NCBI GenBank assembly: GCA_030248215.1
Contig: JASANG010003005.1
Span: forward strand, 1 to 64,000
DNA: 64,000 bases
From: Enoplolaimus lenunculus
Taxonomy: Eukaryota
Direction of reading: 5' to 3'
The position numbers were made by a program, and so were the translations under genes. Each line of letters starts with the position of its first letter. Position 1 is the first letter of the stretch. This document shows, piece after piece, positions 35,867 through 63,992 of the stretch. The notes under the pieces are model-generated. The model saw only the letters and a program-made list of their open reading frames with translations, did no database searches and was not told where the DNA came from.

Positions 35867-36483
35867 CAGGGATGGTGATCTCGGTCTCGCTTTTGTTCAG
35901 TCTCGGTGGTTTGCAAACCGAGACCTAAGAGGTGAAAAACCGATAAGCAATCAGAAAAATTTCCGTGGATCGCAGCTTTGGCCTGGAAGTACCTACACAT
36001 TTCGTCTACCAACGCAGCGAGTGGTTATACAGCGATTTGAGAAACATATGACCCCCCGGTTACCCAAACTTCTAACATAGTTGCATTTTCGCGTTTAAAA
36101 TATTTAAGGCATCGTGTAACAAGTTATGGGTCATCTACATTTATAACTTCACGCTATTTTAAAAAATTTTCCAGTCTATTTAGTTTTGCCCAGGAGCAAA
36201 CCAACACTATCTCTGAACTAGGGATTGTATCGAGTGTGTTTTGAGACAGTGTGGTTTGTCCCGAGCCTGTTCAAACGGTATTGCGACAGTAGCCAAGTGA
36301 AAAATAAAGTAAAAAATAAATTTTGGCTGCGATTTATTAGTTTTGTATAAAGCGGCAATTCAAACCAGATAAAAATATTCAAAAGTTTTGTTAAAAATAA
36401 TATTTTCGGCAACGGTTAAAATTGACCGAGACCAAATGTTTCGCTCTCGGTGTCATTTTTTTGACCGAGACCGCCCATCCCTG
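35867..36483 (-). mobile_element. hAT-like MITE family B
   Basis: CAGGGATGG...CCATCCCTG TIRs; homologous to 16167-17269; TSD degenerate. Confidence 0.75.
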
Positions 36484-36837
36484 CCATTGCGGTTGTTATT
36501 GTTTTTTATGTTGACAAAATAAACTATTGTTAAAAAGGTATTGGTGGTGAATACCGTATATTTTTAATTCTTTACATAAACATAGAATATGGTCGTGTTA
36601 AAGGGTTAAGCTTTGTCCCGGAAACACAATAACATACCACGGAAGGAAGAATTGTGAGTTACGTTCTGATATTTGAATGCCGGTTTAGTATTAGATTGGG
36701 ATAGGTCTTAGACTTGCATACACACACGAATATGTCACCATTTATGCTTTATTTTAGTTTTTTGTTTTGAATTTCAGTTAGTTGTGGAAATAGATAATTG
36801 AAAATGTATGTGCTCGTGGTGTATTTTGAGTGATAGG

Positions 36838-37101
36838 CAGGGTGCAACCGGAGTTGAAAAATATCGGAGCCGGAGGTCAACGAAACTTGCCGGAACCGGA
36901 GGGGAGGCGAATTCAGGTAGTAACGATGATGGTTAACTAGCTAATTTTAGCCAATATCTGCAAAATGTTGTTAATTGGTTTGGTTTTACGCTAGTATGCA
37001 AAATTTACTACAGAAATTGTCGGAACCTCTGGCAAAAATTTTACTGGAGCCGGAAGTATATTTTTTGTCGGAGCCGTAGGCAGACCTCCGGTTGTACCCT
37101 A
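36838..37101 (+). mobile_element. hAT-like MITE (GCCGGAG motifs)
   Basis: CAGGGTGCAACCGGAG...CTCCGGTTGTACCCTA; homologue at ~40755-41073; ATAGG on both flanks. Confidence 0.65.
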
Positions 37102-37644
37102 ATAGGCAATTAATTTATGAAAATATCGTAAGTGAGCTTAAACAGTAATATGGTTTACTTAACCAGACTATAAAAAGGAATATGACATTAAATAAAACAA
37201 CGAATTAACTATCCGGCTCCGGCCGCATATTAGATTATCCGCCTCCGTCAGTTTTTGATATCCGGTTGTACCTGTTCTCTACCAGACCCAGAGAAACATA
37301 CGTTTAACTTTTCCCGTTTTCCGCCCCTCGCCTACACCTCTTAAATTTACTTACCAACTGAAAGGAATTATATATACCAACGCTTTAATTTTCCACTTTT
37401 CTCTGTTTCCGAACCCAACCACACATCCCAATGTTCCAGCCAAACCAACCAAAGTGTTCCTTCCCAACCAGACGAAGAGAAACCCTATTTTAACGTTTCC
37501 AGTTTTCCGAAACTCGTCTGCACCTGTAACTTTTCCTACCAAACATGGGATTACCTAGGCGTTTAAATTTTCCAGTTTTCCGAGCCACACTGATGCTTGT
37601 TAACCCTTTCTCACATGAATATTTTCTATTTCCCCTGAGACCTA

Positions 37645-37713
37645 CTTATATGCTAGGATTCGAACTCCAGTGACTGGAGTGGGAGGCGTATACCATCACC
37701 ACTGAGCTATAGG
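37645..37713 (-). pseudogene. tRNA-derived pseudogene or SINE head (Gly-CCC-like)
   Basis: Minus strand reads TAGCTCAGTGGT...CGCCTCCCAC...GGAGTTCGAATCC; stems are decayed. Confidence 0.45.
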
Positions 37714-37807
37714 AGTTTGACGCTCGAGCCCAAGGGGGCTCTCACGTCTTGTGGTGATTTAGTACTATGTATACGTGTTGCAATTGTTAAACACGGTGCT
37801 ATATATA

Positions 37808-39767
37808 TTATTGAGCGAAGCGAAACTACGAGCGAAGTTCGGAGTTTCGCGAAGCGTTTTATGTTTTGTACCTACTTGGGGGTCGAAAGGTGGATGTCCG
37901 TCCGAAAAGAATCTCATAAGCGGCTGAACCGATTTTCATAAACTTTTTTGTTTGAAAGCCAATTATCCTGCGGTGTTAACCTCGCATTGGGGTTTTAAAA
38001 TTTTAAGCTGTTTATTAGCTACAGGCAAATTTGCATAATTAAGCCTAAATTAGGACTTTCCACAATAAATTGTATAAAATGTGGATACACGCTGTGTATA
38101 AGAGACTCATGCATCCTAAACATGTTTTTTGGCGAGACGAGCTAGGAGTTGAACCTATTTTTGTCGAGCGATCATGGATATGGGCAAAAGCGAAATATGT
38201 TGACGGCTCTGCGCGAGACGTCCATTTTAGGTTAAGACACAAGTCATTGTATACTAATCACCGCACTAGTCATTTTACAGATGGGACAAATATATGTTCG
38301 TTTTGTTATTTGGATGGAATTGAAGTGCGGGAGGATAATGTTCATGTGTTTATTTATTGTTTGCGGGCGCAAGAAATTAGTTTTTTCATTACTCCCGTTT
38401 TGCAACAGGTAGCTGGAGTAAATGAAATAACGATTTCGGATTTAATTTTGGGACGAAATATTCACGACCCATTAAAGAGAATAGCTTTTAATTTCATCGT
38501 CCAACATGCACAATTGGCAATATGGAGTGCTCGATGTAAACTCGAGTTTAACAATGAAAATGTCTGTGTTGTTGATGTTTTTCAGGAAAATGTTTATAGA
38601 AATTTGTGCAAACTTAAGCTGTATCTAAAAGAAGAATGTTTTTTTAAGGTTTTTGGAACAATAACCCGACAGAATGATAGCATGCTGGGTTTTCGAATGT
38701 CCTTTTCTCAGCGTACCTGATTTGTAGTTTGTTTTGAAACTAGGTTTCTTGTGTGCTTTTTAACATATTTGCTCTGAATAATATCCTTGCAAGCAGAGTA
38801 GAATAATGGGTAATTTTCAAGGACCTTTGTTATGTTATGATAATATGTTGTTGCCTTCTTTGGTTTATATAATTGCTTTCGTTGATGTAAATGTGGTTTA
38901 TCCTTTTAATAAAACCCGGGGTGTTCGGCAAACGAGCGCTTCGGACTTAAACTTAAACTTAAACTCAGTAATTATTATAGTTAGAAACAATCTAATTTTA
39001 GCATTAAAGGGTTTTTGGGTGCGAGAAATCTCCGTAGACTGTTTACAAACCTCCAAAACTCATAATTGAGCATTTAGCTAATGGAGAATTTGCATATTGG
39101 CATAGTTTGTAAGCCTGAATTATGACTTTTTACAATATTTCACTAATTAAGGTTAAAAGCAATATAATTTTAGCAATAAAGGGTTTTTAGGTGCGAGGAA
39201 TTTGAATAAATTGTTTACAAACATCCCAAACGGATAATTGAATAGTTAGCTAATAGTTAATTTGCATATTAGCTTAACTAACCAGACAAAATTAGGACTT
39301 TTTATTATTTCAATAATTATTAGGGTTTACTGAAGGTTTTTTGGTGCGAGGAATCTAAATAAATTGTTTACAAACGTCTAAAACCGATAATTATTATACC
39401 TAAATTAGGCGTTTTTACAATGTTTCACTAATTATCAGGGTTACAAGCAATCTAATTTCAGCAATAATGGGTTTTCGGGTGCGAGGAATCTAAATAAATT
39501 ATCTAAAGACCTTTAAAGCAATTGTCGAATAATTAGCTAATATATACATAATTTGCTTAATTGACGAGACAAAATTAGGACTTTAAATTATTCCAATAAT
39601 TATTAAGGTGGCTGAAGGGTTTTTGGGTGCGAGGAATCTAAGGAAATTGCTTACAAACCTCCAAAAGCGATAAATGAATAATTAGCTAATAACTAATTTG
39701 CATATTACCTTAATTACTTACGTGTGTTCGAGCTTCGCTCAATAAATGTAGTCCCACTACGACTGGT
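37808..39767 (+). mobile_element. Non-autonomous Helentron/DINE-1-like element, full length, carrying a LINE insertion
   Basis: 14-bp inverted pair TTATTGAGCGAAGC (37808-37821) / GCTTCGCTCAATAA (39732-39745); GTCC microsatellite near the 5' end; central tandem repeats; 3' hairpin GTAGT-CCC-ACTAC; no TSD. Confidence 0.8.
38068..38964 (+). mobile_element. 5'-truncated non-LTR retrotransposon (Tx1/L1-clade-like ORF2 C-terminus plus 3' UTR)
   Basis: Uninterrupted ORF 38070-38720 with a post-RT zinc-binding motif (RDVHFRLRHKSLYTN...CSFC...EDNVHVFIYC) and NFIVQHAQLAIW. It is followed by a T-rich 3' UTR, AATAAA, a stem-loop and a (CTTAAA)3 tail. The host repeat resumes on both sides. Confidence 0.8.
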
Positions 39768-41064
39768 TTAACGTATATACAGTGCGCTCAGTTGCCTATA
39801 GGCAACTCAATGTGAGAAGGGATTAATTTTCCTACCAAAACAGCGGAAAATCCGGCCGTCATACAGAAGTGGCTGCGCTGCACTCCTGGTCATAAGTTTT
39901 CCACCGTGGAAAACTGGAAGCCCCTGTGCTATACATTGGCCCGAATGCCAAACATGACACTTTTTTCGCATTTATAATTGTTAGCTTTCTGCTCGGTATT
40001 TTTGATATTCTATTTGAAAACTATATTATGCACTATTCAGTGCAAAAAATGGTGAGTCACATTGACTCTCCGAAGTAGGCTCTATGAGACTACAGAAACT
40101 GTGTCAAATTTGACACCACCAGACTCAAATTCGAATCACTTAGTTACACATTTGACTCTGGCGGAGACGAATATGACTCATTCTGTGTAGTCCCTTAGAG
40201 CCCCTTTCGGAGAGAGTCTCAAGTCCAATTTCGACTTTCTGTCAGCATTTTACTAATGTTTTGTAGCTTTAACGTTAACGTAAAACGTTTTCGAAGACTT
40301 CTGTTTCCCACAAAATCGGTGTAGAGAGCCAAAAGGTATTGTTTTTGAAGCTTTTAGTACTGATTACTGGGCACGGGCAATGAGATACATAAATCAACCT
40401 TTTGAATTTTAGAACTTTTTTTACAAAAAGTATGTATTCAAACTAAAAATCAAAATAAAAAGTTTCCCTAATTATCTTTGTTTAGTGAAATATAGTGAGC
40501 GTTGTGTGGGTGACAATATTGAGTCAGTTCACAGCGTTATTCCAAGCTGCTGCGAGCACTAGGCATACGATTTCACAACGTGCTTCGTACTTACAGTTAT
40601 ACTGTTTTAATGAGCATGTTTACTTGTTGGGCAGCAGGGTACAATCCGAGCTCTGCTCCGGCTTCGGCTCCGGCAGAAAATCGGCCTGCGGCTCCAGTAT
40701 AGAACATTTACCGGAGGTTCCGGCAGTTTCGGTAGTAAAATTTTGCATACTGACCAGGATGCAACTGGAGGTGAAAAATGTCGGAGCCGCAGGTCAATGA
40801 AAGTTGCCGAAGCCGGAGGTGAGGCAAAATTAGGTATTAACGATGATGGTTAACTATAGTTAATTTTAGCCAATATCTGCAATATGTTAATTTATTTGGT
40901 TTTACGTGAATTTTCGGAAATTCTTTCCTGAAAATTGTGACAAAAGTAAAAAACGAAACGCGTTCAAACAGATAAATTTTGCACAAAATTATGCAAAATT
41001 TTACTACCAAAATTGCCTGAACCTCCGGCATAAACTTTACCGGAGCCGGAGGCAGGCCTCCGGT

Positions 41065-41456
41065 TGTACCCTGATACAACTGTTCCGGTCCTGTTCAATA
41101 CATGCGTCAGTTAAATTATACCAGAGTCTGGTTCGAGATTCTGTTCGAGACAGACCTCCGCATGTACCCGACACGTAAAACCCAACGCTCGTAGGTCAGC
41201 ACGAAACCGATTTTTGTTGTTGCAGCTGAGACAGCTTCATAAGCTTATGTCAGTACAACGTGTACCCTGATACAACTGTTCCGGTCCTGTTCAATACATG
41301 CGTCAGTTAAATTATACCAGAGTCTGGTTCGAGATTCTGTTCGAGACAGACCTCCGCATGTACCCGACACGTAAAACCCAACGCTCGTAGGTCAGCACGA
41401 AACCGATTTTTGTTGTTGCAGCTGAGACAGCTTCATAAGCTTATGTCAGTACAACG
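41065..41456. repeat. Exact 196-bp tandem duplication
   Basis: 41065-41260 equals 41261-41456; TG microhomology at the junction. Confidence 0.92.
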
Positions 41457-42097
41457 TGGATGTCTTAAACTTGCTGGCACAGAAGGATACAGCTATGTCG
41501 CTTCAAATACAAAACAACATAACTTCACTTGAACAAGTTCAATATATACTCAATGAAAATACAAATACGATTCGTGGTATTATGCTTTAATACTTGTTAA
41601 CCAGCATATCAATCGTTTACTCAAGTACGCGAACACCCGAGACTGTCATCCATCCAATAATAGGTAAACGTCTAAATAGGGTTAATAGGCATAACTACTT
41701 CCCGTTTATAGCATATTATGAGCAACTCAGCACAATCTGTTTACACAAATTTTTACTAGCACGAGCGGTTCAAAACTCTAACAGGACATAAAGATCCCCG
41801 TAGAAGTAGAGCATCAATATGTTATAGCCAATCCGTGATGGTAAACGTCTCTTCTGATATTTCCATTTATCCCTTTGTATTACACGAATATTTTCTACTT
41901 CGTCTAAAATATAATTTCAAAAAAGGATTCAAATCGCAGCCTCACTTGTGGAAGGCATTTACCATCACCACTTACAAGCTTGACGCTAGAGTCCGTCGGT
42001 GCTCTCACACACGTAAGAATAGAAATATACATTACGTTGCGAAGAAATATTTCACTTACTCACATTGCGTTGCATTACTCATTGTCGACTTTATATA

Positions 42098-42224
42098 TAC
42101 TACAAAAAATGGTGAGTCAAATTGCCTCTCTCCGAAATAGGCTTTTCCTGACTACACAAATTGAGTCGAAATCCGACTCAGCCAGGATCAAATTCGATTC
42201 ACTGACTCACCATTTTTTGCAGTG
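42098..42224. mobile_element. Small CACTA/CMC-like MITE; related longer fragment at ~40038-40225
   Basis: TACTACAAAAAATGGTGAGTCA ... TGACTCACCATTTTTTGCAGTG, TA on both flanks. Confidence 0.55.
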
Positions 42225-43093
42225 TATGTAAGAAGTGGTTTAAATTCTAAATGAAGCTGCTTACCAGCGGCATTAAAGCCAGGCCCGTACCCAGCTCATT
42301 TTGCTGGAGAGACTAAAAAATTTTCAGGAGAAGCATACAAGGGTTTTCAATGGCTTACAAGAAAAGTTGAAAATTTTTTCGGGGACAAAATTTTTCCAGG
42401 AGACTGAGCCCCCTGTCCCCACTCGGCTACGGGCCCGAGTACAGTTTTTAAAACACTATACACATTTACGTGGCAGATCCATAATTTTCCAGTGGGAAGA
42501 CAGGATCGACCGGGTATTAATGTTACCGGAACGGCAGCCGGATTGTAAATTTCTTACCGGAACGGAACCGGATGGTAACCGAATACTTATAGCACCTAAA
42601 TTAGTGTTAAACGTTGGTGATATTTGAGTTGTGTAAAATTATGTGTTTTATTTTAGCCTGGATTTCTAATTTTTTACTTAATTATGAAAAACTTAACCTT
42701 CCTCACCTGACCGTGACTGCAGTCGTAGCAAACTATCATGTATTTCCACACACATGTAAAAATCAGCTTTGTGATATTAGGGTCCAAGGTGTCAACGGGT
42801 ATAACGGAACACAAAACAAATACTGAAGTATTAATGTTTCAAAGATGTTTTATTTTGCAGTCAACTAACTTTAGGCATGCAAATAATCACCAGGCTTCCT
42901 AAAATGGAAAAAATAGCGAATGCACCAAAATGTTTAAGAGTTCGGATGAATTTCGTAATTTTACATATAAAATTCGGCAAGGTCCGAAAATGTGTCGTAG
43001 CCAGAGTGGGAAATGAGTAATTATTTTCGCTTTACCCACGCATAGTATTTTTTACTCGCGGGTATACCCGCGCAAAAAAGATCTACCCACGAC

Positions 43094-43569
43094 CAGGGTG
43101 CAACCGGAATTCTGGTTCCGGCATTTTTTTTACCTTCCGGTTCCGGTAAATTTTTACCGGATTTAAAAATTCCGGTGTTATAATTTGGCCGTTTTCTTAA
43201 CTTTGCTAATTTTTAAGAATCTCTTTTGAAAGCCACTTGTACTTCTAGTGTTTTTGAATTGCTTGTTCATGCAGTGGTTATTGTTGTGGACAAAAGCATT
43301 TTACTGGAAATGTATATATAAATCTTGACAATCACCGAATATAAGCCATTGATGGTGGATTTCACTTCAGTCTATGATGAAAATCTAAAATACAACAAAT
43401 GAAATAAATACCTATGTTCGACTACGGTTACTTCACAAATAACAGAGCAAAAATAAGATTAAAATGAAATTTTTGGTGAAATGCAATTTTCACTTTCCGG
43501 TTCCGGTTCCGGTAAAATTTTCTAATTCCGGTTCCGGATCCGGTAAATTGTAATTCCGGTTGCACCCTG
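43094..43569 (-). mobile_element. hAT-type MITE family A, copy 6, with a 91-bp internal insertion
   Basis: TSD CCCACGAC (43086-43093/43570-43577); extra sequence at 43244-43334. Confidence 0.88.
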
Positions 43570-46529
43570 CCCACGACCCAAGGATTCGCGCTTTAATGAA
43601 GCTTTGCGATATTACTTCAATGTATTTTACAAATGAAATTGTACTACAAACAACAAAATTTCAAATCCAGCTAATTAGATATAGCACGGGCCGCACCTGA
43701 CCAGAAATCGTAGCCCATACATAACTGAGGTAAGGTCAATGAAAATTTTTGTTAAAGTACGGTTAACGAGTGGTTGTTAATCCAAGGCTACGACACGTTT
43801 AGTGGGCCGACCGAATTGTATATTCTGAACGGCGCATAGTTTCGTCTTATTTTTCACCTAATTTGGCTACGAAACACACGTTGAGTAGTTGAGATCGAAA
43901 TGAACCATTTGCATTGTAAAATTGTCCCTACGGCGCAGCCTGTAATGGGACAACATCCCTCACACCCATGGATCCGCCACTGCATAATTCAACAGTAAAC
44001 ACAAACATATATACGTAAGCTCAAATGATATCAGAATGAGCCCCATATATGAATATGATGATGCCATGAGCAAGCTCTACATTTTCAAGACACTGTTACA
44101 TATTGTAAACCATACAATCGATACAATACTTGCCACAATTCAGTTTAATTAATCGTTTGTTTTTGAAAAAACGCAATTTTAAAATTTTGACACATGAACT
44201 AATCTAAGGTGGAATGCCCCACATACGTATTTTGAGCAATTGTCCAGCAATTGCCTTGTTCACAATATTTTGTTACAACAGAAAAGTGATTGTTCTGCGA
44301 AAACAACATTTGCATACAGATTGGCGTTGATTCGATAACGTTGGCGTGTTGAGCAAATCCGGTTACCTAGTGAACTTGATACGCGACGCATTCTTCAAAC
44401 ATGGTAAGAAATTAATGCATTGGTTCGTCTTTGGTTTGTTTTATCTGTTTCGGTGATTTTATCCTATGGCTTTACCATTAAGATATCTTGTGACATTAAA
44501 TAGCAACCATAGCGTATCGTTACTCCGCCATATTTAATATCTAATATTTCCATACAAAGTCACACGCTGACAAACTGATTTAGAATAATTAAATGAAAAT
44601 AATAATAAATATATTCTAAACAATGGACGAATTTACATAAAATGTACGAAGAAGCTAATAGGCCAATCCGTATACGTACTAAACATCACAAAAGCTAGCG
44701 TTTAAAACCGATACTAATTTAAAGTAAAACATTTTCCGACGCAATACTGTCATCTTTTTCGTAACCAGAAACAATCAAAATTTGAAATAATGTACATAGT
44801 TTGTACTAAATACGTGATTTTAATTTAAAAACACTGTCTTCGTTGGAATAAAAAAACGCTCTCGCCTTTTCGTTTAATAATTTTCAATTTTTTTTCAACG
44901 ATAGCAACAGCAGAGCCAAGCGATGGCATTAAGGGGGGGTCAGGTCAAACACTCCTTTGTTTATAATTTTGGTCCAGGGTATTTTAAAAAGTTCAGTGGG
45001 GAACACAAACAAAAACCTTGGAAAGTTTTACCCTACCCATCGTATTGCCTTCTATCCAAAATCGTGCAAACACACTTAAGTAATAAATATAAAATAAATT
45101 AGCAGCAGCAGCAAACAAACCACATCAAACACCGTACTACTAAAGCATCCAGTTATATAACGACAGTACAACCAACAACGACAACAATGGTGACCACTAA
45201 AATTACAAACCCCACGATAACGTTACACTTAAAATTACCATTACAAATAAAAAAATATGAATATAATCTTAAAAAAATTTATAGATACAATTTTTTTCCA
45301 TTTATTTATATATTTTTGAATCGTTAAAACAAAGGATTTATTAAAAAAACAGTTAGCAAATTGAAAACTATAAATCAAAAATATCTGAAATTTGAACATA
45401 TACTCCAAGCAATCACTGGTAACAGACAATATCTACAATTGTGCAAAGTGTCTGTTGCATATACGTACTATCAAGAGTGGATAATAACAAGAGTGTGCAA
45501 CTGTTGGGATCCCGCATGGTACAAAATGCACCACTGGGAGTTGCATTTTTGACCCCCCCTTGTTTACAGGGGGGGTCGCCATCACATGAATACCCCTAAA
45601 TTAAACTATAAGCAGAGCATATTTGACGCCGCATACATAAAGTGTCATGGTTCGCACCGGTTGTACCCCCTGTAAATAAAGGAGGAGTAGGGCAAAAACG
45701 CAACGCGTGCCGGGTACATTCTGTTATACAAAGAGTGTGCCCAGCTGCACACTCTTGCAAAGAGTCATTATCGACTCCTGGTACTATAAATCGCGCGCTT
45801 AATCCATTTCGATTCTGGTTATAGGTATCATACCCACATAAGTATACGAAATCATGAGAACAACAAAATTCACCTGGCACTATATTATTAACCTGTTTAG
45901 TAAATAAATTATCATTTGTTTCAGCACCGCTGCGGTTTTGAAAAACGCCAATAACTGCGTGCACAATTTTGTAGTGTAAATGTTAGTGTCCATAGATTCG
46001 CAATAATTTTCCACAAATAATTATGTAAGTAAGCGATTACAACTCAACCAATGCAAACATAAACATTATTAAAACACACTCACTAATTAATCATACAATA
46101 CAGACGAATAGGTTTACACACTGGATACCCTACAACGACAAAATAAACGATATTTAACAAGGACGCACACCATACAGAAATCAAGTTTGTGCATCGAGTA
46201 AACGCTGCAATTTTTAGTGAACAACAATAAACACAAATGCCCAAACAAACCTAGAATACCCCGTCTTGGATCCAACCAACTTTTAATATTAAATTATACC
46301 CTTCGCAAAGAAAATCCTGTCTATGCTTGCGTAGGCCAAGTATTTTGTCAAATTGTACTGTTCACATTTTAGTTCAATTTCGCTTTTATAAATTAAGTGA
46401 CTACATGAAAATAAGTATTATTATAATAAGCTAAAAAACGACGTTTCAAATGATACACTATCAGCGATAATGCACGTGATCCGGTGCAAACAAACAAAGA
46501 ACTTGCCATAAAATTAAATTGGCAAAATA

Positions 46530-62203
<15,674 letters not shown>

Positions 62204-62310
62204 CTGTAATACAAAACAAAAGGAATAATGTTGCCGAAAATAAGTTGCCAGTACGTGCTTCAATGCTGCTAAATACAAGTGCTAACTATAAAAAGCTAAC
62301 ACAAAATAAT

Positions 62311-63992
62311 ACCAGTCGCAGTGGGACTACATTTATTGAGCGAAGCTCGAACACACGTAAGCAATTAAGGTAATATGCAAATTAGTTATTAGCTAACTAT
62401 TCATTTACCAGTTTTGGAGGTTTGTAAGCAATTTCCTCAGATTCCTCGCACACAAAAACCTTTCAGCCACCCTAATAATTATTGGAATATTTCAAAAAGT
62501 CCTAATTTTGTCTCGCCAATTAAGCAAATACGCAAATTATCAATTAGCTAACTATTCGATAATCGCCTTTAAAGGTTTGCAGACAATTTATTCAGATTCT
62601 TCGCACCCGAAAACCCTTTAGTGCTGAAATTATATTGCTTTTAACCTTAATAATTATTGAAATATTGTAAAAAGTCCTAATTTAGGCTTATAAACTATGC
62701 TAATATGCCAATTATCTATTAGCTAACTACTCAATTATTGGTTTTAGACGTTTGTAAACAATTTATTCAGATTCCTCGCACCTAAAAACCCTTTAGTAGT
62801 GCTGAAGTTATATTGCTTTTAATTTTAATAATTATTGAAATAATTTAAAAGTCCTAGTTTTGCCTGGTCAATTAAGCTAATATGCAAATCAGCTATCAGC
62901 TAACTATTCAATTATCTGTTTTGGAGGTTTGTAAACAATTTATTCAAATTCCTCGCACCTAAAACCCTTTAGTGCTGAAATTCCATTGCTTTTAACCTTA
63001 ATAATTAGTGAAATATTGTAAAAAGTCCTAATTTAGGCTTATAAACTATGCTAATATGCCAATTATCTATTAGCTAACTAATCAATTATTGGTTTTAGAC
63101 GTTTGTAAACAATTTATTTAGATTCCTCGCACCTAAAAACCCTTTAGTAGTGCTGAAGTTATATTGCTTTTAATTTTAATAATTATTGAAATAATTTAAA
63201 AGTCCTAATTTTGCCTGGTCAATTAAGCTAATATGCAAATCAGCTATCAGCTAACTATTCAATTATCGGTTATGGAGGTTTGTAAACAATTTCTTCAAAT
63301 TCCTCGCACCTAAAAACCCTTTAGTGCTGAAATTATATTGCTTTTAACTTTAATAATTAGTGAAATATTGTAAAAAGTCCTAATTTAGGCTTATACACTA
63401 TGCTAATATGCAAATCAGCTATCAGCTAACTATTCAATTATCGGTTATGGAGGTTTGTAAACAATTTATTCAAATTCCTCGCACCTTAAAACCCTTTAGT
63501 GCTGAAATTATATTGTTTTTAACCTTAATAATTAGTGAACTATTGTAAAAAGTCCTAATTTAGGCTTATAAACTAAGCTAATATGCAAATTATCTATTAG
63601 CTAACTGCTCAATTATCGGTTTTGAAGATTTGTCAACAGTCTACGCAAATTCCTCGCGCCCAAAAACCCTTTAATGCTAAAATTAGATGGCTTCTAACTG
63701 TAATAATTAGTGAAATATTGTGGAAAGTCCTAATTTAGGCTTAATTAATTATGCAAATTAGCCTGTAGCTAATAAACGGCTTAAAATGTTCAAACCCCAA
63801 TGCGAGGTTAACACCCCTGGATAATTGGCTTTCAAACAAAAAAAGTTTATCAGAATCGGTTCAGCCGTTCCTGAGATTCTTTTCGGACGGACAGACGGAC
63901 TGACGGACATCAACCTTTCGACCCCCAAGTACAAAACATAAAACGCTTCGCGAAACTCCGAGCTTCGCTCGGACTTTCACTTCGCTCAATAA
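62311..63992 (-). mobile_element. Helentron/DINE-1-like element with ~8 tandem ~175-bp units (NF1 intron)
   Basis: Same termini as 37808-39767, reversed; unit anchors at ~62372, 62527, 62702, 62879, 63053, 63230, 63405, 63580. Confidence 0.82.

Larger units (their letters stand above)
37604..39822. mobile_element. piggyBac-like non-autonomous element hosting the Helentron and LINE
   Basis: TTAA|CCCTTTCTCACAT ... ATGTGAGAAGGGA|TTAA (TTAA at 37600-37603 and 39823-39826); TIR slightly degenerate. Confidence 0.6.

Noticed and set aside
45538..45710. Imperfect inverted repeat downstream of the NF1 stop
   Set aside because: Looks like a decayed MITE; too degenerate to define ends or claim an RNA structure.
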